Positions 9,095-17,533 of a stretch of DNA of 64,000 nt are shown here, piece after piece. Source of the stretch: a virus; IMG/VR virus record IMGVR_UViG_3300010400_000006, positions 3,493 through 67,492 of that record, one strand, 5' to 3'. Position 1 is the stretch's first letter. Every line of letters starts with the position of its first letter. A program made the translations under genes and the position numbers. The notes below the pieces were generated by a model, which worked only from the letters and a program-made list of their open reading frames with translations, was not told the DNA's origin and ran no database searches.

Positions 9095-9337
9095 CTACTT
9101 GGACTTGTTATACTTCACTTCCATGCCGTGCAACGCATTTGCATCCTTACACGGCTGGCAGCGGCAGTACCAGTTGTTGTACACGTTCCATTCACCGTGT
9201 TGATCGGGCGGAATGTGAGTCGCATACCAAAACCAACCCAGTGGGTACATTTTACTGCGCTGGACGGACACCTTGACGCGCATAGCTTTGCGCTCCGCCA
9301 TGCGCTTCGAATTGTTCGGCATCCATCCTCCCGTCAC
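9095..9337 (-). CDS. small putative Zn-finger protein
   Basis: HG....Y....CRC..C motif. Confidence 0.6.
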   Translation of the reverse strand: MTGGWMPNNSKRMAERKAMRVKVSVQRSKMYPLGWFWYATHIPPDQHGEWNVYNNWYCRCQPCKDANALHGMEVKYNKSK

Positions 9338-9458
9338 TCCGGGAGCAGCCAGTGTTCGTGAGCCGAGCTTCCAGGCGAACCCGTTCCGTATTCACGAAAA
9401 CTGACTGCTTCCGCAGTGGCCGGCCCCTTTACGCGAGGCCGGCAACCGGGGCCGGGGT

Positions 9459-9944
9459 CTAGAAGGGGGCTTCGACGCCGACCTTGACCTTGGCGGCGGT
9501 CTTCGCGGCGGGCTTGGCCTTCGCGGTCTTCGGGGCGTCGTCCGCACCCTCAGCCGCGTCCGCCTTGGCCTTCGCCGCTTCGGCCTTCTCGGCCTTGGCC
9601 TTGGCCGCCTCCTGGAGCTTCGCCTCGCGCTCGGCCTCCTTCTCGGCCTTGGCCTTGGACCTGGCCTCCTTGGCCTCCGCCTCGCGCGCCTCCTTGGCGT
9701 CGGCTTCAGCCGCCTTCTGGTCGCGCCGCTCCGGCGACCGCTGGAACGAGGCGTAGCAGACCACCGCGAGCTGGATGGACTTGATGAACGCGGTCCACTT
9801 CTCGCTGGGCTCTTCGCCCTCGGCGGGCGCGTCGGCGTCGACCGGGTAGCCGGTCTTCTCCTTCAGCCAGACGCCGTAGTTCTCGTGCAGGCTGGTGGGG
9901 TCCTTCTCGACCAGGGAAGCGTTGACCTTCTCGTCGACCGACAT
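9459..9944 (-). CDS. hypothetical protein with Ala/Lys-rich tail; paralogue of 21014..21733
   Basis: strong RBS AAGGAG; shared PTxLHExYxxWxxEKTG...QxAVxxYxxFQxSPE. Confidence 0.85.
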   Translation of the reverse strand: MSVDEKVNASLVEKDPTSLHENYGVWLKEKTGYPVDADAPAEGEEPSEKWTAFIKSIQLAVVCYASFQRSPERRDQKAAEADAKEAREAEAKEARSKAKAEKEAEREAKLQEAAKAKAEKAEAAKAKADAAEGADDAPKTAKAKPAAKTAAKVKVGVEAPF

Positions 9945-9978
9945 GACTCTCCTTTTGCTGTGTTCCGAACTACCTCAA

Positions 9979-9990
9979 ACCCTACCCTAC
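9979..9990 (-). promoter_or_regulatory. putative sigmaA/HrdB-type -10 (TAGGGT, tandem)
   Basis: GTAGGGTAGGGT ~35 nt upstream of the 9944 start; matches TANNNT. Confidence 0.5.
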
Positions 9991-10033
9991 GGGTAGGGGG
10001 TTAGCTAGCGTTTCGCCGAGGCAATTTTGGAAA

Positions 10034-10342
10034 TTACCGCTGCGGTTTCGGCGAACGCGAAACCCTCATCTTGTGGACTTTGATAGGCGGGCCCGCACCT
10101 TCCCTGGCGGGAAGCTTGCGCCCGGCGTCGTGCAGTTCCCGTTGTTTCCGCGTCAATCGGAGCGTGTCGGCAGTGGCCTTCCTGGCGTCCGCGGCCCTCC
10201 TTGCCGCAATTCGGTTCAGTTCCATCTTTCGGCGAGACTTGCGATCGCGCCTTCCCCGCAGGATCCATCCGATCGGAAATCCGATCATGACCCCTGCTAC
10301 CAGGCACCAAGCCAACATGAAAGCCCAGGTTTCGTCCATCAC
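10034..10342 (-). CDS. membrane-anchored basic protein
   Basis: N-terminal TM helix, Arg-rich tail. Confidence 0.7.
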   Translation of the reverse strand: MMDETWAFMLAWCLVAGVMIGFPIGWILRGRRDRKSRRKMELNRIAARRAADARKATADTLRLTRKQRELHDAGRKLPAREGAGPPIKVHKMRVSRSPKPQR

Positions 10343-12222
10343 TCCCCGTTCAACAACTGCTTGGCGAAGCTGACGCCCCGCGTACCGTCCATCAACATCT
10401 TCTGTATTTCCTCGCGGTCACCGTTGACCCTGCAGATGTGCTCCTCGATGGTGCCCTTCGACCGCAAGTAGTAGATCGTGACGTTGTGCATACGGCTCAC
10501 GCGGTGCGCGCGATCCTCGACCTGCTCCTGGTCGTCGGGGATCCACTTCTCATCGAGCATCACAACGTAGTCGGCCGCATCGAGTGTCAAAGACACGCCG
10601 CCTGCATCCGTGTTCAGGAAGAAGACGCGAGTGTGGTTCTGGTCCGACTGGAACTCGTGAACCTGCCGCTGGCGTTCCCTCGGCGTGACCTGGCCAGTGA
10701 TCCGAAAGCTCGGAATACCGAGATGCATCAGCTCGTGGGCGAAGAGGTTCACCAGCTTCGTCGACTGGCTCGCCACGATTACTTTTCCAGTTCCCGACGA
10801 ACTCCGCTCGATCCCAAGATCGCTCAGGAATTCCACCAGCCAGTCGAACTTGTTGCTCGGCAGGCACGGCTCCCACTCATCGTTAGTGTAGTTCCCCGCC
10901 GAGGACGCGATCTGCTTCGCACGCATCATCTCGGCCAGAGCACCATTGGCCATCATCGTGCCGCCATCGGTGGTGACCGCACCGTGCGTCTTGAGCTGCT
11001 TGTACATTCGTTTCTGTACCGCCGTCAGATCCAACCAGATGCCCGGCTGGTACTGCTTGTTCTGTCCGTCCAGCGCTTTGCCCGCGTACAGCTTCGGCGG
11101 CAAATCCGGAACCACCTCATCCTTCGTGCGTCGCAGCATCAACGTGGCCATTTCGTCGGCGAACTCGTCGAGTTTGGACTCGTCAATGCCGTCGATGATC
11201 CGACCTTCCTCGTGGCTGTCGTACACCACGAACCAGCGCTCGATCCACTTCCAGTACGACTTGTACAGATCAGGGCGGAGCCAGTTCAGAGTGCCCCACA
11301 GATTCTCGATCTTGCCTCGGTACGGCGTACCGCTCAGTGCGATTCGCAGACCGTGCGGCGGCAACTTGATGCTCGCCAGCCCCGCGCGCACTTGTGTGTG
11401 GTCCTTCAGAAAGGCCGAGTGCGTCACGAGCGCCTGATGGCTCTCGTCGCAAACAATGGCCTGCCACGGGATATCAAACAGATGCGGGTACGCCATCTGC
11501 TTGATGGTCTTGCCCTTGGCATCCTTCATGGCCTTGGTGTGGTCACGCGGATCACGTGGGATCTTGATCCGGGCCATGTCCATGTTGCAGATAAACCAAT
11601 GCCGCGCGCCGGTTACCAAGCCGTCCGCGAGATCGGCCATAAACCGACCGAGTTCATCCCTACGCTTGTTGCCGGGTAGATGGCTCACAACGGTGTAACC
11701 GTCGTTCGGCAACCAGCGGTCGAGCTCGTCGGGCCAGGTGGTGAGCGCTGCTGTCTTCGGAGCGAAGACCAGGATCGGTCCGCGGAGGCCGGCCTCTACC
11801 ACCGCACCCATCGTTTGAAGAGTCTTGCCCAGGCCCGGCTGGTCGCCAAGAATCGCATACCGGGTAGCCGCCATCCAAGCCGCGCCAACGGTCTGGTACG
11901 TCCTACTGGCCATGGCATCAGCCAGTACCGGGCTGGCCTTGGCCACCATCCCAATAGCCGCAGAGTTGCTTTTGGCAAGCTCCCGGATCCCCGCGAGCCG
12001 CGCCTTCTCTGTCCGTGCCCACGCCGTGAGTTTCGGTCCGACATCGAGCTCCTCTCCGAACGCTGCGCGGAGCTGTAGGCAAATCGAGAAGTCCAGCGGG
12101 AACTTCCGCAGCTTCTTGGCGGGAAGCCACCGGCCCCCGATCTCCCGCAACTTCCGGGCTGCATCCTCGTCGTACGGCGCTCGCGCCCAGATGTAGTTGG
12201 CGGACTTCTCGATCTCTATCAC
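10339..12222 (-). CDS. SNF2-family DNA helicase
   Basis: DQPGLGKT, DESH, LSGTP, LRRTK, GGVSLTL, QVEDRAHR. Confidence 0.93.
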   Translation of the reverse strand: MIEIEKSANYIWARAPYDEDAARKLREIGGRWLPAKKLRKFPLDFSICLQLRAAFGEELDVGPKLTAWARTEKARLAGIRELAKSNSAAIGMVAKASPVLADAMASRTYQTVGAAWMAATRYAILGDQPGLGKTLQTMGAVVEAGLRGPILVFAPKTAALTTWPDELDRWLPNDGYTVVSHLPGNKRRDELGRFMADLADGLVTGARHWFICNMDMARIKIPRDPRDHTKAMKDAKGKTIKQMAYPHLFDIPWQAIVCDESHQALVTHSAFLKDHTQVRAGLASIKLPPHGLRIALSGTPYRGKIENLWGTLNWLRPDLYKSYWKWIERWFVVYDSHEEGRIIDGIDESKLDEFADEMATLMLRRTKDEVVPDLPPKLYAGKALDGQNKQYQPGIWLDLTAVQKRMYKQLKTHGAVTTDGGTMMANGALAEMMRAKQIASSAGNYTNDEWEPCLPSNKFDWLVEFLSDLGIERSSSGTGKVIVASQSTKLVNLFAHELMHLGIPSFRITGQVTPRERQRQVHEFQSDQNHTRVFFLNTDAGGVSLTLDAADYVVMLDEKWIPDDQEQVEDRAHRVSRMHNVTIYYLRSKGTIEEHICRVNGDREEIQKMLMDGTRGVSFAKQLLNGE

Positions 12223-12728
12223 TCTCCCTCAGCCTCTTCCTCCGGGCTCAGCCCGAGTCGACGTGGCACCGCTGTCACCGGGCCGAGAGCGCTGAGCCCC
12301 TCGACACTCTCGGTCGTGCGAAGCCGACGCCGCTGTGCGGCCGTGTGCGTGTGCTCCGGAATGTTGCAGTCCTCGGAGTCGCCCTCCAGCTGATCCGGCT
12401 CGAACGAGTCGAGCCCCGGAGCCTTGTCACGCTTGCCGGCGTAGTTGTGGCACGACATCTCGGCGCACCACGAGGTGTCCTCGTACCGCTTGTGCCTGCA
12501 CGGGTTCTCGTCGAAGTACGGCTGAAGCAGCCTGGACGTCTCGTCCATGTACACGTTGCCCATCTTGGCGACCGCACCGATCAGATCGACCACCGGCACG
12601 AACGTGGCGTAGGGCCAGCCGCTCGAAGAAACGGATTTGATCACGACATCGCCCTCGATCCGGTTCGGATCGAACTCCAGCGTCACCGAACCGACGGCGA
12701 CCGTCTCGATTCTCTTCTCTCGTGCCAT
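12219..12728 (-). CDS. hypothetical protein
   Basis: 169 aa, coupled to neighbours. Confidence 0.7.
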   Translation of the reverse strand: MAREKRIETVAVGSVTLEFDPNRIEGDVVIKSVSSSGWPYATFVPVVDLIGAVAKMGNVYMDETSRLLQPYFDENPCRHKRYEDTSWCAEMSCHNYAGKRDKAPGLDSFEPDQLEGDSEDCNIPEHTHTAAQRRRLRTTESVEGLSALGPVTAVPRRLGLSPEEEAEGE

Positions 12729-13333
12729 CAGATCACCCTCAACAGTTGTTCTATCGCGAATGCGCGGTAGCCGGTGTTGCCGAGAAAGCTCACCACCCGA
12801 CGCCCCTTCGACGTCAGCTTGACGTGGTACTTCATCTTGTCCCAGTTCACACCGGGACGGATCGTGTCCTCCTCGAGTCCGTCGGTGATCCCATTGGTCC
12901 AGATCACCGTGCGGCCGTACAGCGCCTTGAGGAGGATCGGATCCTCCATGTCATCCGGGTTCCACGGCAAATCTCGAGCCAGCTTCGTCAAGTCGGAGTT
13001 CTCCGCCAGGAGCCCGCGCCGGACAGCCTTCTTCCTGGTTCGCAGCACTCGCTTCGCAGCGGGCTTCTCGGACATCTGTTGCAGCGCCGCTGAGGCGTTG
13101 CGCAACTTCGTCTCAACCCCCAGGAACGTGTAAACGGGCGCAACCGTGAGCTTTCCGTCCAGCCACCAGATGTAGATGCTCTCGTCGCCCCGCGCGACCC
13201 GGACAGAGATCCGAGTCAGCCCCTCTTCCTCGCCCTTGAGGTGCGCTATCTCCCAGCCCCACTCGGCTGCCTGGGCGGCGAACCGCCCGTATGCCCTGCG
13301 CATGTGGTTCAGCGCGTGCTCGCCGCTGGGCAA
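12728..13333 (-). CDS. hypothetical protein
   Basis: 201 aa, coupled. Confidence 0.75.
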   Translation of the reverse strand: MPSGEHALNHMRRAYGRFAAQAAEWGWEIAHLKGEEEGLTRISVRVARGDESIYIWWLDGKLTVAPVYTFLGVETKLRNASAALQQMSEKPAAKRVLRTRKKAVRRGLLAENSDLTKLARDLPWNPDDMEDPILLKALYGRTVIWTNGITDGLEEDTIRPGVNWDKMKYHVKLTSKGRRVVSFLGNTGYRAFAIEQLLRVI

Positions 13334-13334
13334 C

Positions 13335-13757
13335 TCAGATGCCCTCTCCGTGCTGGTGTGGGTCGGCGCGCGGACCGATGTATCGGGTCTCGCCGTGCTG
13401 CGGTTCGTCGTAGACGCGAAAGTCCATCATCTCCGGGTCGATGTTGACCGGCCTGTGGGTCTCGAACCTGGGCTCGTCAGCCCAGAGGCCCGGCAGAACA
13501 TCGAGATCACCGAGCTTCTCGGATTCCTTGCGGAATGCCTCGTCCTTTCCGTCCTCCTGCATGTCCCCGGCGTCTCGGTAGGACTGGATCGAGATCCAGA
13601 GAAGCGCCAGCGCCACTGACACCGATATTCCGATCGCCCAGACCGGATTGTTGGTGACGAGCGACATGATTCCGCCGCCGAGGATGAATGTCGAGGCCAC
13701 CGGGCCGGTGACCCAGATCATCTCCCGAGTCACGCGCGGCCTACTCTTGTTCTGCAA
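13335..13757 (-). CDS. membrane protein (2 TM)
   Basis: two hydrophobic segments; start uncertain. Confidence 0.7.
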   Translation of the reverse strand: MQNKSRPRVTREMIWVTGPVASTFILGGGIMSLVTNNPVWAIGISVSVALALLWISIQSYRDAGDMQEDGKDEAFRKESEKLGDLDVLPGLWADEPRFETHRPVNIDPEMMDFRVYDEPQHGETRYIGPRADPHQHGEGI

Positions 13758-14031
13758 CGTAGTTCTCCCATCTTTCCATGGCTTTCCGCCGAACAGCTTG
13801 GATGTCCGGTTCGGAAAGGTTGTCGATTTTCGCTATCGCTAGTGCGAGTCCGAGTGCCCGACCCTGCTCGTAACCGTAAAGGCGCCATCCCTCGTTGTGT
13901 TCCGTGAATTTCTTCTCGTCGGTGACATAGTCACCATCCGGAAATATGGACGGAACTCCATCAGTCATGAGGCGATAGACGCAGTCATCGAGGTCCGACC
14001 ACAACTCCCGGAGTATCACCTCTCTGTACAT
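13741..14031 (-). CDS. hypothetical protein
   Basis: 96 aa, RBS GGAGG. Confidence 0.7.
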   Translation of the reverse strand: MYREVILRELWSDLDDCVYRLMTDGVPSIFPDGDYVTDEKKFTEHNEGWRLYGYEQGRALGLALAIAKIDNLSEPDIQAVRRKAMERWENYVAEQE

Positions 14032-14118
14032 CTACCCTCCTATCCCCGTGTACCAGGCAAACCCCGTCGAAACGAAGACTGCGAGCGAGAGCAAGGCGAC
14101 GAATGCCCGGTAAATCAC
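14032..14118 (-). CDS. 28-aa hydrophobic microprotein
   Basis: GTGA overlap; VIYRAFVALLSLAVFVSTGFAWYTGIGG. Confidence 0.45.
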   Translation of the reverse strand: MIYRAFVALLSLAVFVSTGFAWYTGIGG

Positions 14119-14213
14119 GGGTGCATAACTCCTGTGTGAATAAGTGAAACTACAACAACGAGTTCGAACACGATCACGGTGAGCAGGGCGGCCACGGTTC
14201 GCAAGAACCACAT
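14115..14213 (-). CDS. 32-aa hydrophobic microprotein
   Basis: MWFLRTVAALLTVIVFELVVVVSLIHTGVMHP, RBS GGAGG. Confidence 0.45.
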   Translation of the reverse strand: MWFLRTVAALLTVIVFELVVVVSLIHTGVMHP

Positions 14214-14295
14214 GGCCACCGCTGCCACCTCCTACTGGATTGGTCCGTCCATGCCTTCGTCGCACAGACGGTCGTACTCTTCCTGGCCTTCGTCT

Positions 14296-14547
14296 TCAGA
14301 AGGGAAAGTCATCAATCCCCCAGTGGCTCGGGGCTACCGTCGGCCCCGGCTCGTCACAACCGTTGCCGCACTCGCACGGATCACCGTTGCAAACGCTCGG
14401 CTCCGGCGCGTCGTCCCGATCTTCGTTCCAGTCGTCTTCGAGATTCATGTCTTCGCCGGCCAACTCCGGGTGGTACCGGTCGTCGTACGACAAGTCGACT
14501 TCGTGCCGCTCCTCGTGCGCAGCTTCCAGGTGGCTATCGACGTCCAT
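14296..14547 (-). CDS. acidic hypothetical protein with Cys cluster
   Basis: 83 aa, CNGDPCECGNGC. Confidence 0.65.
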   Translation of the reverse strand: MDVDSHLEAAHEERHEVDLSYDDRYHPELAGEDMNLEDDWNEDRDDAPEPSVCNGDPCECGNGCDEPGPTVAPSHWGIDDFPF

Positions 14548-14734
14548 CTTCCGTCGCCTCCTTCAGAAGGCCGACGACCTCGGCGCAGATCTGATTCATG
14601 ACGAAGTCCTGGCGGCCGTCGTTGGACGACGTCACGGGCTTCGGCCAGAGCAGATCCACGGGCACGTCGATCTCCGCCTCGTAGGTGTCGTCGTTGGCGT
14701 GCAGCGTCAGTGTGAGTTGCCAGGTGTCAGTCAT
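14534..14734 (-). CDS. hypothetical protein
   Basis: 66 aa, RBS. Confidence 0.65.
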   Translation of the reverse strand: MTDTWQLTLTLHANDDTYEAEIDVPVDLLWPKPVTSSNDGRQDFVMNQICAEVVGLLKEATEDGRR

Positions 14735-14894
14735 CCCTCACCTCCTGGTATTTCAGGCGACACGGCACGCACCAGCCGAGGTGTGCTGCACGGTCCACCC
14801 GCAGAGCGTTCCACCAGTGCTGTCTGCGGTGTCGCTGCTGTGCCACCAGCGTCTTCGACTTCCTCCGGCGTTCCGGAACGATGCGGACGCTCAT
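14727..14894 (-). CDS. small basic protein (CxxC)
   Basis: TGATG coupling at 14894. Confidence 0.55.
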   Translation of the reverse strand: MSVRIVPERRRKSKTLVAQQRHRRQHWWNALRVDRAAHLGWCVPCRLKYQEVRDD

Positions 14895-15301
14895 CAGTCG
14901 CTGCCGATCTGTTCCCACTGGGTGGCGATGAAGCACTCCTCGTCGCCGATGAACTCGACGAGCTGGTCCCAGGTCCAGACGCGACTGGAATGCCGTACGC
15001 CGGACATGTACCAGCCCGCCTCGGTCCGCAGCGCGACGTACGAGTACGGCTTGGAGAACCCGGTCGGCTTGCTGTAGAAGGTGTGCTCGAACTGGAGCAC
15101 CGATCCGACCTCGGGCTCGAGGCCCAGCAGGCTGTGGAGCTCCGCCAGCTCCGAGTACTCCTTGGCAGCCTCCGCGGCCTTCTTCGCCAGGGCGGCGAGC
15201 TTCGGGGACTTGGGAAACTTAGTCGGCATGTCGCTCGGCTTGGCCCCACTATGTGGCTGATCGGCCGGATCGACCGCGCCGTGCTCGTTCATGTCGCCCA
15301 T
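14894..15301 (-). CDS. hypothetical protein
   Basis: 135 aa; YVALRTEAGWY...WDQL. Confidence 0.75.
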   Translation of the reverse strand: MGDMNEHGAVDPADQPHSGAKPSDMPTKFPKSPKLAALAKKAAEAAKEYSELAELHSLLGLEPEVGSVLQFEHTFYSKPTGFSKPYSYVALRTEAGWYMSGVRHSSRVWTWDQLVEFIGDEECFIATQWEQIGSD

Positions 15302-16383
15302 CAGACGATCTCCTTCTTTCCCTTGAGGTGGTTGGCCCCGCCGCTGAGGTCAACCTGGCTGGCGGCCCGCTGGCCGAGAGTGTAACCGTTCTCGTCGAAT
15401 CTTGACTTCGTCTCGCGGTCCCACTTGGCGTTCTCGCGGTCCATCCGACGCTCTTCCTTCGCCAGGAAGGCCGCGCGCTGCGCTTCGGTGAGGCTGTCCA
15501 GAAACTCCTCGCGCTCTTTGCGCTCCTGCGCGGCCTGCGCCTCGTGTTCGGCCCTGCGCTCGGCGAGCTCCTCTGGAGTGGCCGGCCGTAGGTGCGGAAA
15601 GAGTCGGTAGAACTCCTCGTTGACCCGTTCGCGCGAGTCCCGAACCGCAGGCAGGTTGCCGGCGATCACGCCAGAGACCTGCTCGGCGGCGTTGCGCATC
15701 GTCCACAGTCGACGATAGATCATCGACACGTAGCCGGTCGCGAACGTTGCGCGAAATGCCTCGTGCCGTTGGGTCTGGCGGGTCGGCGCAACGCCTAGAC
15801 GGACACACTCGCGCCGGTACGCGGCCTTGAGCCAGGCCCCGTCCGTCGTCGATCCGTCCATTCCGGTGCGCGGGTTACCGCCATGCTTGTTGGCCATCCT
15901 GGCGATCTCGACCCACTTGTACCCGGCCTCTTTGAAGGCACGGACGTTGTGGTCAAACACCGCCGGGCTTCCCGCCGAGCGCGGGTCCCAGGAGGGCGTG
16001 ATCTTCGAAGCGAAGTCGAGCATCGTCGTCGTGTACAGCATCTCGACGAAGTCGATGTCATCCGGGAACCCGACCATCGAGGTCACGAGCTTGCCGAATC
16101 CGAACCGCTTCGTCGCGATCCTGACGCCCCGGTGCTCAGCGAAGTACGACAGCATCGAGCGCATCTCGGTGGCGAACTCGCCAGTAGAACGCTCGATTTC
16201 GCGTGTGATGATCTCACGGCGCTCGCTCGGACGGCTCGCGTCCAACAGCGCACCGTCGATCTCGTGCTGCTGCATGAGCTGCTCGGCCTTGGCCAGAAAG
16301 GCGTCGCGCTCGGCGGGAAACTCGGTCGCATTGGCCTTGTCAATCAGACCGCGGATCTTGGAAAGCAGCTTTTCGTCAGCCAT
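15301..16383 (-). CDS. DUF2786-domain protein
   Basis: KLLSKIRGLIDKA..TEFPAERDAFLAKAEQLMQQHEID N-terminus. Confidence 0.8.
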   Translation of the reverse strand: MADEKLLSKIRGLIDKANATEFPAERDAFLAKAEQLMQQHEIDGALLDASRPSERREIITREIERSTGEFATEMRSMLSYFAEHRGVRIATKRFGFGKLVTSMVGFPDDIDFVEMLYTTTMLDFASKITPSWDPRSAGSPAVFDHNVRAFKEAGYKWVEIARMANKHGGNPRTGMDGSTTDGAWLKAAYRRECVRLGVAPTRQTQRHEAFRATFATGYVSMIYRRLWTMRNAAEQVSGVIAGNLPAVRDSRERVNEEFYRLFPHLRPATPEELAERRAEHEAQAAQERKEREEFLDSLTEAQRAAFLAKEERRMDRENAKWDRETKSRFDENGYTLGQRAASQVDLSGGANHLKGKKEIV

Positions 16384-16418
16384 GGGTCCTCCACCCTTCG
16401 GCGCGACACAATTGTAGC

Positions 16419-16742
16419 CTACAGCGGCGTGAGCCGGTAGACCGTTCCTTCCATGGACTTGGCGATGGGGAAGCCGTCGTCCGTCCTGCCGATGTAGACG
16501 TACAGCTTCTCCTGTACCCCCTCGGACCCCTCAATGCCTCCAGAGAGAATGTAGAACCTGCGGCGATTTGCCGACTTCTCGGAGAGCACGTGCTCCGGGA
16601 ACTTCCGCATGTAGTTCTTGAGCGAGCCGGTGACCTGGGTCGCGTCGAGTCCGATCGACTCGGCTATCTGGCTGCTACTCAGCCGTTGTGGTGCGAACCG
16701 CTCCAGATGAGCGATGATCGGGCCAATCACATCGGATGGCAT
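16419..16742 (-). CDS. winged-helix DNA-binding protein
   Basis: LSSSQIAESIGLDATQVTGSLKNY; RBS AGGAG. Confidence 0.65.
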   Translation of the reverse strand: MPSDVIGPIIAHLERFAPQRLSSSQIAESIGLDATQVTGSLKNYMRKFPEHVLSEKSANRRRFYILSGGIEGSEGVQEKLYVYIGRTDDGFPIAKSMEGTVYRLTPL

Positions 16743-16841
16743 TTCTTCTCCTTTCCTGGGAGCTAGGCGCGCTCGACCCGCCTGGTTCGACCCTGACGTG
16801 CAAGGATTAGTTGCGTTCAGTCCCGACGAGCCGAGCGCTTG

Positions 16842-16958
16842 TGCCCTGGAGCGGAATCGAACCGCCGTCCCCGAGTGCTCAGAGGGTTGCCCACCGCAGT
16901 ACGATCCTGCCGTCGCCAGTTCCCTTAACACGGTACTCTGCCGTTGAGCTACCAAGGC
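16842..16958 (-). ncRNA. tRNA-like RNA with an expanded anticodon arm
   Basis: acceptor GCCTTGG/CCAGGGC, U8A9, D arm GCTC-AACGGCA-GAGT, T arm GGCGG-TTCGATT-CCGCT; ~60 nt between D and T arms. Confidence 0.75.
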
Positions 16959-16983
16959 TCACCGCGCCGAGGCGCGGCTTCGA

Positions 16984-17106
16984 TCAGAAGGCGTTCTGGA
17001 ACGCCATGATGATGTTGTTTGCGAACTCGATGGCACTCGAGAGTGCGCCAGAGACGATCAGGAAGCCGAGGCCGATCAGTGCCAGGCCAGGAATGATGAA
17101 TCTCAC
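16984..17106 (-). CDS. 40-aa membrane microprotein
   Basis: GTGA overlap; VRFIIPGLALIGLGFLIVSGALSS... Confidence 0.55.
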   Translation of the reverse strand: MRFIIPGLALIGLGFLIVSGALSSAIEFANNIIMAFQNAF

Positions 17107-17360
17107 GGGTACTGGTCACCCACCTTGTACTTCGCAGCCGTCTCGGCAGAGACGCAGTTGTTGGCGATCTTGCCGTCCTTCTTCTGGACGCTGATCGACC
17201 AGTCGCCGGTGTCGCACTTCGTGGTGCCGCGCGTGGCCTCGGTGCCGTAGATGTTCAGCACCGTACCTGGTGTCTTGCCGTCGCACCCCGCCAGCATAGC
17301 CGTCAGGATGACAACCGGAAGCACCCACCTGGTGAGCTTGGCGTCCTTGAAACTGGTCAT
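17103..17360 (-). CDS. lipoprotein
   Basis: signal peptide with LAGC lipobox. Confidence 0.75.
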   Translation of the reverse strand: MTSFKDAKLTRWVLPVVILTAMLAGCDGKTPGTVLNIYGTEATRGTTKCDTGDWSISVQKKDGKIANNCVSAETAAKYKVGDQYP

Positions 17361-17367
17361 GCTCAAC

Positions 17368-17532
17368 TCAGTTGCCCCGTTCGTTTTCGCGGTCGTCGAT
17401 GACGATGAAGTTGTCCGCTCCACGCGGGGGCGGGGGCTGCTCGTTCTGGGTGTTGATCCTGCCAGCAGCTTCGCCCTTGGCGAGGGCTTCCCGGTTGGCA
17501 CCCTGGATTCCACGCTCCCATGGCATGGGCAT
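17368..17532 (-). CDS. 54-aa hypothetical protein
   Basis: hand-translated; RBS AAGGAGG; fills the gap. Confidence 0.5.
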   Translation of the reverse strand: MPMPWERGIQGANREALAKGEAAGRINTQNEQPPPPRGADNFIVIDDRENERGN

Positions 17533-17533
17533 G

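Noticed and set aside
16842-16958. Standard tRNA, tmRNA or YrlA Y RNA
   Set aside because: No canonical anticodon loop; too short and has a D stem (unlike tmRNA); arm order not permuted and no Ro60 gene seen
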